A DNA stretch of 43,417 bases from a virus (lineage: Duplodnaviria; Caudoviricetes). Of this stretch, positions 8,966 to 16,706 are shown one piece after another. The DNA lies in the IMG/VR virus record IMGVR_UViG_3300025078_000005, positions 1 to 43,417 of that record. One strand, 5' to 3'. How positions within the stretch are numbered: position 1 is the stretch's first letter; each line of letters starts with the position of its first letter. Below the pieces are notes generated by a model. That model saw only the letters and a program-made list of their open reading frames with translations. It was not told where the DNA came from and made no database searches. Both the position numbers and the translations under genes were made by a program.

Positions 8966-9751
8966 CTAAAAGACTTCTTCCGCGTCAACGACGTCAACGA
9001 CGTCAACGACGTCACCATCTGCTACTGGTAACGCGTCTTGAGCGGGTTTTGGTTCTTGGGGTAGGAATAGGTTGGATTCCTTGTAGAGGTCGCCGCAGAG
9101 GTTGAGGATTTCTTCGTCCTTCTTGAAGTCCAGAACCGTTGGTTCACTGAACTGGTAGTTGAAGTAGTCCTGATTACTCTTGTTGGTTTCCTCAACAGCT
9201 TGGAGCGTCCAGCTACGTGCGAACATTGGTGGAACAACATCCATCTTGTCGTAGCGGAACTTTTTAATGTCCATCTGCAACTTGCGGTGCACCTTGAGCT
9301 GAGTTGACGTCATCGCAATCATGGAATCTACCCACTCACCGTCAATAAGCACCTTGAACAACCAATAGGCTGTTTTAGCGAGCTCATTTTCACCGAGCCA
9401 CTCGTCGTAGGTCTTGGTTCCAGAGGGTTTACCTTTACGGCCTTGCTCATAGAGCGGGCTGTTGACGATATCGAGGCCATGTGTGCCTACCATACCACCG
9501 CCCAGATCCTTAGGAACCCATTCCACATACATCGTCTTCACGCTGATTGGAATGACAGTGATAGGCTGAGAAAGGACTTGTCCAAGTCCCTTGTGGACAA
9601 TGTCACCTTGGCTTGCGCCTTCGATGAATTTGTCGTCCTTCTTCTTGAGCTCAGGGCTCAGTGCTTGAAGGATGCTTAGTAGGGGCATGGCTGAGGCATC
9701 GTCAAGATTCTCTGTTCCAGCGCCCGCGAATTGATTTGGGTCGAATGACAT
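8966..9751 (-). CDS. putative single-stranded DNA-binding protein
   Basis: PLLSILQALSPE...GASQGD family motif; acidic tail ending in Phe (DVVDVVDAEEVF); replication-module position. Confidence 0.65.
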   Translation of the reverse strand: MSFDPNQFAGAGTENLDDASAMPLLSILQALSPELKKKDDKFIEGASQGDIVHKGLGQVLSQPITVIPISVKTMYVEWVPKDLGGGMVGTHGLDIVNSPLYEQGRKGKPSGTKTYDEWLGENELAKTAYWLFKVLIDGEWVDSMIAMTSTQLKVHRKLQMDIKKFRYDKMDVVPPMFARSWTLQAVEETNKSNQDYFNYQFSEPTVLDFKKDEEILNLCGDLYKESNLFLPQEPKPAQDALPVADGDVVDVVDVVDAEEVF

Positions 9752-9756
9752 ATTAT

Positions 9757-9828
9757 TTTTGGTTCTTTGGTTCTTTGGTTCTTTTGGTTCTTCTGATCCT
9801 TTTGGTTCTTCTGATCCTTTTGGTTCTT
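9757..9828 (-). repeat. tandem AAGAACCAAA-type repeats in the leader of the SSB gene
   Basis: Six GGTTC-core copies with 8-9 bp and 18 bp periods, ending 5 nt before the ATG. Confidence 0.85.
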
Positions 9829-9927
9829 GAGCAGAGTGCTCAAATTTGACGCTGTTCTCATGCCCTGTTGAGCATGCTTGCTTTTCGCTTTGTTGCTGAT
9901 TAGGCCGTAATCACGCAGCGTCGAAAG

Positions 9928-10431
9928 CTATTTAAACACCACCTTTCGGAACTCAGAGACGCCGAAGGCTTCTCTTGGGAGTTCATCGCGCAGATCGCCG
10001 TTGAGGATCTCGGTGACGGTGCTTTTGAGCGTGGCATGGTGGATGGATGGTTTCAAGGTATGTGGGATTCCTTCTTCGCTGAGCTTTGTAGACAATGCTT
10101 GAGCAGCCTCATTGTCTCCACGGGGCATTGCAATCTTAATCTCATTCTTGATAATCCCGTCGTTCCCGTGCTCCTTGAGCCATGCGAACGCCGTATCTTG
10201 GTCCACGATCCGTGTGTTCACGAAGTCCTTCAGCTCGATGATCGCGCCATTCCCTAGCTTGATAAGCTCAAGGTTCGCCTGATCCATGAGGTCTGGAAGG
10301 ATACGCTGCTCGATGTTGTCGATCTGCTGCTGCGTTTCTGAGAGAGCATCTTCAATGTCCCGTTTTTTTGTGAACAGGTCCGCGAGTGTCTCGCCAATCT
10401 CGGTGATTTGTTTTGTGGTGTCTTGGGTCAT
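9928..10431 (-). CDS. conserved phage protein usually found next to SSB
   Basis: Coiled coil, ILPDLM, AFAWLKEHG..GIIKN, IHHATLK. Confidence 0.75.
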   Translation of the reverse strand: MTQDTTKQITEIGETLADLFTKKRDIEDALSETQQQIDNIEQRILPDLMDQANLELIKLGNGAIIELKDFVNTRIVDQDTAFAWLKEHGNDGIIKNEIKIAMPRGDNEAAQALSTKLSEEGIPHTLKPSIHHATLKSTVTEILNGDLRDELPREAFGVSEFRKVVFK

Positions 10432-10658
10432 TTACTCATGTGGTGTTTAGTGAGTCTTTGAGTGGCTACGTGCCGCTCGAAGTCTCGGTTGAATACTTCT
10501 CGGTGGGTGACTTGGAGCCATTGGCCGATGTTCTTAGGCAGCATCTGTCGTGAGTTCGTCAATCGATCTTTCATCAGCTTCTTCGCTTCAGGGTCCAGTG
10601 GTTCATTGCCATCGTTCAGATGGTGCATGTGTTCGTTCTTTGTATATTTTTTGGGCAT
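10428..10658 (-). CDS. hypothetical protein
   Basis: ATGA-coupled to the downstream gene. Confidence 0.6.
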   Translation of the reverse strand: MPKKYTKNEHMHHLNDGNEPLDPEAKKLMKDRLTNSRQMLPKNIGQWLQVTHREVFNRDFERHVATQRLTKHHMSK

Positions 10659-10662
10659 AAGT

Positions 10663-10746
10663 TTAAACAGTGTAGTCCATCTCGCCCCACGACGTGCCTA
10701 CTTCTACTTCGGCTCTTGTTGGTATTGAGATTTTTTTGTCTTTCAT
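10663..10746 (-). pseudogene. duplicated 3' end of the DNA polymerase gene (27-aa mini-ORF)
   Basis: MKDKK+ISIPTRAEVEVGTSWGEMDYTV*; the last 22 aa are identical to the PolA C-terminus (11139-11207). Confidence 0.85.
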
Positions 10747-10766
10747 AGTTTGGGTGTTGGTTGATG

Positions 10767-10994
10767 TTATTGATTATTCGACTCGGCATTTCTGCTCTCA
10801 GTGTTCGCAGATAGAAAGTCAACCACCTCTTGCAGTTGATTCCTGAAGTCCTTCTGGGCATCCAAACCGCACGGCTCGTTGTCGTAAATTAGTCTTTCGA
10901 TAGGGTCGAGTAGTCCACGGCCTTCTGGCATTATTTCATTTAAGTCGGCTTTTTCGGAGCACTCTTCCCATGTTGGTATTTTTCCGTATTTCAT
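10767..10994 (-). CDS. hypothetical protein carried on the putative gene cassette
   Basis: MKYGKIPTWEEC...; start moved downstream of the attC-like palindrome. Confidence 0.65.
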   Translation of the reverse strand: MKYGKIPTWEECSEKADLNEIMPEGRGLLDPIERLIYDNEPCGLDAQKDFRNQLQEVVDFLSANTESRNAESNNQ

Positions 10995-11064
10995 AATATA
11001 TAGTGTTGTCGGTTGCGAACAAGGCGGTCGAGGCAACGGCTACCGCCGCGCCTCACCTTGGACG
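10804..11064 (+). mobile_element. putative integron gene cassette (ORF inverted relative to attC)
   Basis: Left boundary G/TTCGCA (10803-10809) is the exact complement of R'' TGCGAAC of the attC at 11014-11070. Confidence 0.65.
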
Positions 11065-11070
11065 TTCTTT
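11014..11070 (+). other. attC-like recombination site (57 bp)
   Basis: TGCGAAC-5nt-GGTcGAGG-...-CCTCACC-6nt-GTTCTTT; extrahelical G and T on the bottom strand. Confidence 0.72.
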
Positions 11071-11117
11071 ACCTCTATCTCGGTTCCATCCTTTGTCTTC
11101 CAGATCTTGTCTTTCAT
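11040..11117 (-). pseudogene. truncated small gene interrupted at the attC boundary
   Basis: MKDKIWKTKDGTEIEVKN runs into the attC palindrome at AAC and stops inside it. Confidence 0.5.
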
Positions 11118-11138
11118 ATTATACTTAGTGTTTTCGCG

Positions 11139-13010
11139 CTATACGGTGTAGTCCATCTCACCCCATGAGGTGCCTACCTCAACTTCGGCTCTTGTGGGTA
11201 TTGATATTGTTACGGCTTCTTCCATGATCTCCTTGGCCAATACAGCCTCCTTTTTATCGGTGATGAATAGGTTGGCTTCATCGTGAACAGAAAGCCTAAC
11301 GTCCAGGCCTGCGTCAAAAAGATTAACTAACGCTATCTTCATCTGGTCGCCACTGGAGCCTTGGGCCACTCGGTTGAGGGCTTTGTGCGTGTATGCGCGG
11401 CTTAGTCGCTGTCCTTCATATACCTGTTTCGCCTTATGAAAGGGGAATGCTTGGGAATGCTGTCCGTCGATGTAGCCAGCGGACCATTGGTCGAAGTGGC
11501 TTCTTCGTCCAAGGTGTGTTTTGATGAATCCTTTTCGGGTGGCTGATGCTTTGCAGTTGTCGAAGAGCATCTTGAGAAACGGCACTTTGGCATTGAACGT
11601 GTCGAAGGTCCTCTGTCCCTCTGCCTCTCCGACTCCCATAGTTGCTGCAAGCTTTCCGACAGACATTCCGTAAGCAAGCCCAAGCGCGATAGCTTTGCAT
11701 ATATTGTAGCTAAGACCTGTTTCTCGCTCAAGGAAAGTGTAGAGCTTGTGCCCTTCTGCAATAGCTTTTCCAGCTTCCACTGCTCCAGGGAGCTTAGTGA
11801 GGATTGCGTAGTGCACCTGCCATACGACCTCTTGTCCTGAGTAGTCTGCGCTGCACCACTGCGTACCCTCTTCTGGAATATAGAGGTTACGAACTTCTTT
11901 GCCCCATTTAGAACGCTTCGGAACTTGCTGAAGATTTGGGCTTTCTGAGGAGAGGCGGCCTGAACGCGTTCCACCATCCTCTGACGTGACCTGTCGGAAA
12001 CCTGCGTGAATCCGTCCTTTGTAGCAATGGCTACCAATAATGGTTCCTTCGATGTAGTCTGATCTGATTTTTCGGATTTGTCGTGCATTTGCTATCTCCT
12101 GTACTAATGGGTTACTGTGGGCTTCGAGCCAGTTGTTCTTAATTGATATGTTTCCTTTCGCGGTCTTCGGGACATTGATCCCTTGTTTCGTGAGGTAATC
12201 TCCCACAGACTCTGAGGCTTGAAAATTTATGCCCTTGTGGCGTGCTTGAATCGCGGCCTCTTCCTTGCGCATGGCACAGGCAAGGCGTTCAGCGCGTGCT
12301 TGGTCCACTGGGACACCCTTGAGTGACATCTCCACAAGGACCTTTGTTACTTGGCATTCGAGCTCGAACACTTTGTAGAGGCCCTGAGCAAACAGTTCAG
12401 GCAGCTGCAACTGATAGACGTCCCACGTAAGACGAGCGTCAGCTTCTGCATAGAGTCCGACGTGTCGGGCAGCCAGTTGCCACATATCTCCTTTAGGACA
12501 GAATCCTGGATTGGCATCTGAATAAGCTTGAGAAACAGCTCTAAGGTGGGACTCGTCTTTACGCTGACCAGTGTAGTCGAACGCCAAGTTATCGAGGGAA
12601 TAGGAGTTCCTTTCTTCATCAATGAGAGCTTCAGCAACTTGAATGTCCCTGACGACACAAGGGACATAGAGTCCAAGTATTCGTAGCCATCCGAGATCAT
12701 ACTGCGCATTCGCCATGATGACCTCGGTAGCTCCTTCGATACAACGCTTAGTATAGCGGAGGACAAGTTCTTGTGCGAGGTTGTCCCCACTCCTATGGGC
12801 GAAGGGTAGATAGATTTTCTGGTGTTCATCTGCTATGGCAATTCCAACGACTTCTCCGTCACCGTCACGTTTCCACCCTGGACCAAGGTCCTTAATATTA
12901 GGGTCGCGTGTTTCAAGATCGATTGCAATCACTGGTCCCATGGTCGGGAAGGACGAGGGCGGACACCAGAGGGATTCTGGCGTGAAGAGGGGAATCTGCA
13001 AATGTTTCAT
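11139..13010 (-). CDS. polA: family A DNA polymerase with 3'-5' exonuclease
   Basis: DLETRD (ExoI), TRSGRLSSESPNLQQVP, DYSGQE (motif A), KAIALGLAYG (motif B), VHDE (motif C). Confidence 0.95.
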   Translation of the reverse strand: MKHLQIPLFTPESLWCPPSSFPTMGPVIAIDLETRDPNIKDLGPGWKRDGDGEVVGIAIADEHQKIYLPFAHRSGDNLAQELVLRYTKRCIEGATEVIMANAQYDLGWLRILGLYVPCVVRDIQVAEALIDEERNSYSLDNLAFDYTGQRKDESHLRAVSQAYSDANPGFCPKGDMWQLAARHVGLYAEADARLTWDVYQLQLPELFAQGLYKVFELECQVTKVLVEMSLKGVPVDQARAERLACAMRKEEAAIQARHKGINFQASESVGDYLTKQGINVPKTAKGNISIKNNWLEAHSNPLVQEIANARQIRKIRSDYIEGTIIGSHCYKGRIHAGFRQVTSEDGGTRSGRLSSESPNLQQVPKRSKWGKEVRNLYIPEEGTQWCSADYSGQEVVWQVHYAILTKLPGAVEAGKAIAEGHKLYTFLERETGLSYNICKAIALGLAYGMSVGKLAATMGVGEAEGQRTFDTFNAKVPFLKMLFDNCKASATRKGFIKTHLGRRSHFDQWSAGYIDGQHSQAFPFHKAKQVYEGQRLSRAYTHKALNRVAQGSSGDQMKIALVNLFDAGLDVRLSVHDEANLFITDKKEAVLAKEIMEEAVTISIPTRAEVEVGTSWGEMDYTV

Positions 13011-13211
13011 TTATAGTTGTCCTCTCATTTTAAGGATGGCACACAGTGCTTTCTTTTTTTGCCATTTCTTATGTGAGGTCCTGTTCTCTTGATCGCGCAT
13101 CCTTCTTAGCTGTAGTGATGCTGCTTTTACGTCAGGGTCATTTTCTCTTTCTCTTTTATCTTCACAGATAGCACATCGTGCTGTAAATGGGAGTTCGCGG
13201 AAAGGTTTCAT
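13011..13211 (-). CDS. hypothetical basic protein
   Basis: Stop abuts the polA start; CxxC motif. Confidence 0.55.
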   Translation of the reverse strand: MKPFRELPFTARCAICEDKRERENDPDVKAASLQLRRMRDQENRTSHKKWQKKKALCAILKMRGQL

Positions 13212-13237
13212 AATTCATGGGCCATTATTAAATTGAA

Positions 13238-13268
13238 ACACTGGGCCCGTGGCCTTTGGGCCCAGTGT
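13238..13268 (-). terminator. GC-rich hairpin, possible terminator or processing site
   Basis: ACACTGGGCCC-9nt-GGGCCCAGTGT followed by a weak U-tract on the minus strand. Confidence 0.45.
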
Positions 13269-13498
13269 CTGTATCCTCAGCTAATACTGTTACTTCTGAC
13301 GTGCCGTATCGTGTCTTTGTTCGTGAGTAGACTCTCCGTTCCATCAGGCTCCCTAGTATTTCATAGAGGTGTTTGATAGAGAGGCGTTTCTTCGTGAATC
13401 TCGATCTTGATGTTGGTCGTGGCAGTTTCGTAGTCTGAGTGCCTAGTTGTGTTTAGCGAACGCTCCTCGGAGGTTGTAAACCGTCTAGGACGAAATTG

Positions 13499-13921
13499 TT
13501 ATTTTGGGCTGTATTCATGGCAGGCATCAAGCACGTTTATTATTTTAAAGTCGGAAAAAAGAGCGATCTGTCCTTCTCGACTCACTCGCCAGCTTTTTCC
13601 TGATTTTGATGCGAATGCGTCTGCCGATGTAAACAGCTCCATGTGGGTGTGCATATCGCATGGCTCACGGCCATGTTCGCTCATGGCGTGGAGCGAGAAG
13701 GTCTGGACGCCTTGCTGGGCAGCACGCTTAGCAAACACAACCTGCTCAGCGCGGAGTGCGTAGGTTTTACTCTTGAGCTCCAACCAGATCGTCTCACCTT
13801 TGTAAAAGATGCAGAGATCAGGCACCCCTGCTCCAGTGGTTACTTCGAGCCGCTGATGAGGGATGCCGTGCTTCTTGAGCTGCTGGCAGATGTGTTTACT
13901 AAACTGTGCTTCTGTTTTCAT
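13499..13921 (-). CDS. VRR-NUC-like / Holliday junction resolvase PD-(D/E)xK nuclease
   Basis: E..F, GVPDL, WLELK, LRAEQ motifs. Confidence 0.85.
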   Translation of the reverse strand: MKTEAQFSKHICQQLKKHGIPHQRLEVTTGAGVPDLCIFYKGETIWLELKSKTYALRAEQVVFAKRAAQQGVQTFSLHAMSEHGREPCDMHTHMELFTSADAFASKSGKSWRVSREGQIALFSDFKIINVLDACHEYSPK

Positions 13922-14103
13922 ACGTAGGGCGTGTATATCTTTTTCAGTATTTTGAGTTTTTCTTTTGTGACACCTGTCTTGGCCAAGATATCCTCGTCTG
14001 TCGCGTGATAGCTAAGCATTAGAGCTACATTTTTCACCGTATATCTACAATATGAAGTCTTGTTTTGTGCTCTTGTATGAGCGTCTGTGTGTGGATCAGC
14101 CAT
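13918..14103 (-). CDS. small HTH-like protein
   Basis: TDEDILAKTGVTKEKLKIL; coupled to the nuclease. Confidence 0.5.
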   Translation of the reverse strand: MADPHTDAHTRAQNKTSYCRYTVKNVALMLSYHATDEDILAKTGVTKEKLKILKKIYTPYV

Positions 14104-14104
14104 T

Positions 14105-15220
14105 TTATACGTCCAGCCCGTAAGTTGCGCGATGCTCCTCGATCTGGAGCTGGCGTTCTTCAGTGAACTGTGCTTCTTTTTCTTCTTGGAGAGTTTCCTG
14201 GAGTTCGTCTTCTTGAATCGACTTCACTTCTTCAAGGTATTCGATCAGCTCTTCAGCACGGAGCCATGAAGCAGATTTGATAACTTGACGAAGGGCTTTG
14301 GTGAATGCCTGACATTCGACAGAGAAAGCATTCTTGCTGTCTGCTTCTTGTTGCAGGGCGTAGATCATGTCACCGATATCCACCGCGATGTTCTTGGTGA
14401 ATTTGAACCAAAGACGGGCGAGTTTGTCACCAGAAGGGAACCAGTCGCTCTGTGCGAGAAAGAGGCGTGTGACTGCTTGATCATCAGTTACTACGCCCTT
14501 TCCTTTGCCGTAGTTGTAACCATTGTAGCCATTGTAGCCACTGTAGCCACCGATACCTGATGAGTAGGTCTTCTTCGTGACGACCTTTTCGATCAGGTCC
14601 TTGAAGTGATCTTTTTTGAAGCCTTCGGTAGGAGCTTCCAGAAGTCCGCGCATGATATCCATGCGAGCATGCTCGGGGACATTTTTCATCCATTCAGGCA
14701 TCTCGACCAGTGTCTCGATGGGCGCCTCATGACTCTCGCCATTGATGCAGAATCGGGCATGCAAGGAATACTTCTTGGAGTCGAGGTCTCCGATAGTGAA
14801 ATGCAATCCATCACGGTCATCCTCGTCCGAGGAGTCTGTTCCTGATTGGAATGCGGAGACATTGCAGTGATGGTGCAGTGTTCCGAGCTGGCGGTCAGGG
14901 AAGTTCTTGCGCTCTTCCCTGTAAAGGGCTTCGTCATCCGAGGACTCTACGGCAAGGCCAGAGGTTTCCTGTGGGCAGTACCAGTGTTTCCATTGGTTGT
15001 TCTCGTCAAGGAACAGAAGGACCATTGCCTCGCTCTTGAGGCGGCGCTGAGTCTCCTCGCACCATGCAGTCATTTCGCGGAACATGCCGTAAGGAATCTT
15101 CGGCCCTGTCCAGCGTGGCGTTGCGTCGCCCTCGTCTGCTTGGCAGAGAACGTAGTCCCTGTAGAGACCTTTATCGTCCTCGCGGTAGAGTTTGTTGTCG
15201 TCGATAATGTATGTGCTCAT
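14105..15220 (-). CDS. JAB/MPN-domain metallopeptidase (deubiquitinase-like) with C-terminal extension
   Basis: SEAMVLL (catalytic Glu) and GTLHHHCNVSAFQSGTD (HxH-x7-S-x2-D), followed by GLHFTIG. Confidence 0.88.
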   Translation of the reverse strand: MSTYIIDDNKLYREDDKGLYRDYVLCQADEGDATPRWTGPKIPYGMFREMTAWCEETQRRLKSEAMVLLFLDENNQWKHWYCPQETSGLAVESSDDEALYREERKNFPDRQLGTLHHHCNVSAFQSGTDSSDEDDRDGLHFTIGDLDSKKYSLHARFCINGESHEAPIETLVEMPEWMKNVPEHARMDIMRGLLEAPTEGFKKDHFKDLIEKVVTKKTYSSGIGGYSGYNGYNGYNYGKGKGVVTDDQAVTRLFLAQSDWFPSGDKLARLWFKFTKNIAVDIGDMIYALQQEADSKNAFSVECQAFTKALRQVIKSASWLRAEELIEYLEEVKSIQEDELQETLQEEKEAQFTEERQLQIEEHRATYGLDV

Positions 15221-15221
15221 G

Positions 15222-15587
15222 TTACAGTGATCCTGAGTGTAGTGTTGTGCCGCCTACTTCCATTTCAAAACCGTGGGAGTAGTAGCCGTTATGTGAGTTG
15301 TAGAGGCTGAGAAATAACACATCGCCTCCTGCTTTGGTGAGGCGAAATGTCACCATTCCTCCACAGTCCATATATTCGTCCCCAAGATCGGGCTCTTTAA
15401 AGAACGATGTGTCGAAGTTGTATCCTTCAGTGTCATAATCACCTTCGTCATCTTCTGTATTTACAGGGACTTTTCTTGAGATGATCCACCCAAAGGATTC
15501 ACAGCAGCACTGGCCGTTATCAAAACCAACAAGCACGTTGTTGTCGTCTACGAAGTTTACTTTATAGTCTTTTTCAAATGTTTTCAT
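15222..15587 (-). CDS. small acidic phage protein with QCCCE and HNGYYS motifs
   Basis: Motifs resemble a widespread phage family; start at MKTFEKD. Confidence 0.7.
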   Translation of the reverse strand: MKTFEKDYKVNFVDDNNVLVGFDNGQCCCESFGWIISRKVPVNTEDDEGDYDTEGYNFDTSFFKEPDLGDEYMDCGGMVTFRLTKAGGDVLFLSLYNSHNGYYSHGFEMEVGGTTLHSGSL

Positions 15588-15591
15588 AGCT

Positions 15592-16284
15592 TTAAAGGTC
15601 TCCCATTTTGATTGTTTCCATTGCGCCCAGTGTAGTCTGATGTTCAATGGGCCAGTGTGGCTCGAAGTCACGTCCGTTGTCGGACATGCTGAAGAAGCCG
15701 TCTGGTCCATACCACTGCCAGATCATGTAGTTGACCAGTGCGGCGGTTACTTGGTTGGCAATGGCCAGTTGCGGTGCTGACTCAATGGCGTCGTCGGAAG
15801 TGCAGTCCATGGGGCTGCCTTCCATGCTTGTTGCCATGGTTGGATAGCGTGTCAGCGGGCTCCATGTATCACCCATCCGTGGATGCCAGTAGATGACCTG
15901 TGAGGTCTCGTATTCGTTGGCTCCGATAAAGAGGCCACATCCGAAGCGTGCGGCTGCTGCAAGGGCATTACGGCGTGCTTCATGGTTGTCTACGACAGCG
16001 ACGATGAAGTCCACGTCTTGGAACCATTCGGGGTTCTCTTCGAGGCTGCTCTCCTTGAGCCACTGGCGCACAGGCTCCAGTGGAGTGTTGGTGAAACGTA
16101 CCAGTGCTTCAGCTTTACCGCGACCGACGTCACGTTCGTTGAAGATTTGGCGGTTGAGGTTGTGCTTTTCCAGCACATCGGCATCGATGATATGTCCAGA
16201 GATGTCGAAGGTGCGGCAGAGCGCGGGGAGCATGTAGGAGGCTACGCCACCTGCTCCGATGATAGCAATATTGAGAGATGTCAT
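15592..16284 (-). CDS. ThiF/E1-like activating enzyme
   Basis: IIGAGGVAS, IDADVLEKHNLNRQ, KAEAL, VDNHEAR; candidate catalytic Cys in MDCT...PQLAIAN. Confidence 0.92.
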   Translation of the reverse strand: MTSLNIAIIGAGGVASYMLPALCRTFDISGHIIDADVLEKHNLNRQIFNERDVGRGKAEALVRFTNTPLEPVRQWLKESSLEENPEWFQDVDFIVAVVDNHEARRNALAAAARFGCGLFIGANEYETSQVIYWHPRMGDTWSPLTRYPTMATSMEGSPMDCTSDDAIESAPQLAIANQVTAALVNYMIWQWYGPDGFFSMSDNGRDFEPHWPIEHQTTLGAMETIKMGDL

Positions 16285-16706
16285 GATCGTTCGAGTTGTC
16301 GTTTTAGTTGAGAGAAATGGTCAGTTGGTTCAGGCATGTCTTTTTTGAAGAATGCGATGTAGCGATTGATTGCGCCACGTTTGCGTCCGCAGTCAGGGAG
16401 TTTGTTATGATAGATGCCTTCGAGGATTTTGAGGTCTTCGTCAGGGATCGGGAACCGTTGTTCAGGACCACCGTGGTTCGTGGTGCGTTCGTTGTGGGAT
16501 ATGAAGGCTTCGACTCCACGTCCTGCAACTCGTCGAAGCGGTGTTTGCTGCGTGAAACAGTTCTCGATCAGGTCGCAGAGCAGTGGTTCCTTTTCGACTT
16601 CTGGTTCAGGAGCTGTGACAGGTTCCGTAGGTCGCTGTTCAGGAGGCCCTGCGAAGATGGCTTCAAGTCGCTGGCGTGCTTGTTCGTCTAGTAGTTCTTC
16701 AGGCAT
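16281..16706 (-). CDS. hypothetical protein of the Ubl operon
   Basis: Overlaps the E2 and E1 genes; acidic Pro-rich N-terminus. Confidence 0.75.
   Translation of the reverse strand: MPEELLDEQARQRLEAIFAGPPEQRPTEPVTAPEPEVEKEPLLCDLIENCFTQQTPLRRVAGRGVEAFISHNERTTNHGGPEQRFPIPDEDLKILEGIYHNKLPDCGRKRGAINRYIAFFKKDMPEPTDHFSQLKRQLERS

Noticed and set aside
8983-9014. 9-bp tandem repeat as a regulatory element
   Set aside because: It is in frame and simply encodes the acidic DVV tail of the putative SSB
9757-9828. CRISPR-like array, or the 61-aa KNQKDQ-repeat ORF (9676-9861)
   Set aside because: Units are 8-18 bp with no unique spacers; the ORF overlaps the SSB start out of frame and looks like a by-product of the repeat
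15592-16284. ThiF/MoeB as a thiamine or molybdopterin biosynthesis auxiliary gene
   Set aside because: No zinc-binding CxxC pairs and no ThiG/MoaE/ThiS-GG partner; its neighbours are E2 and JAB
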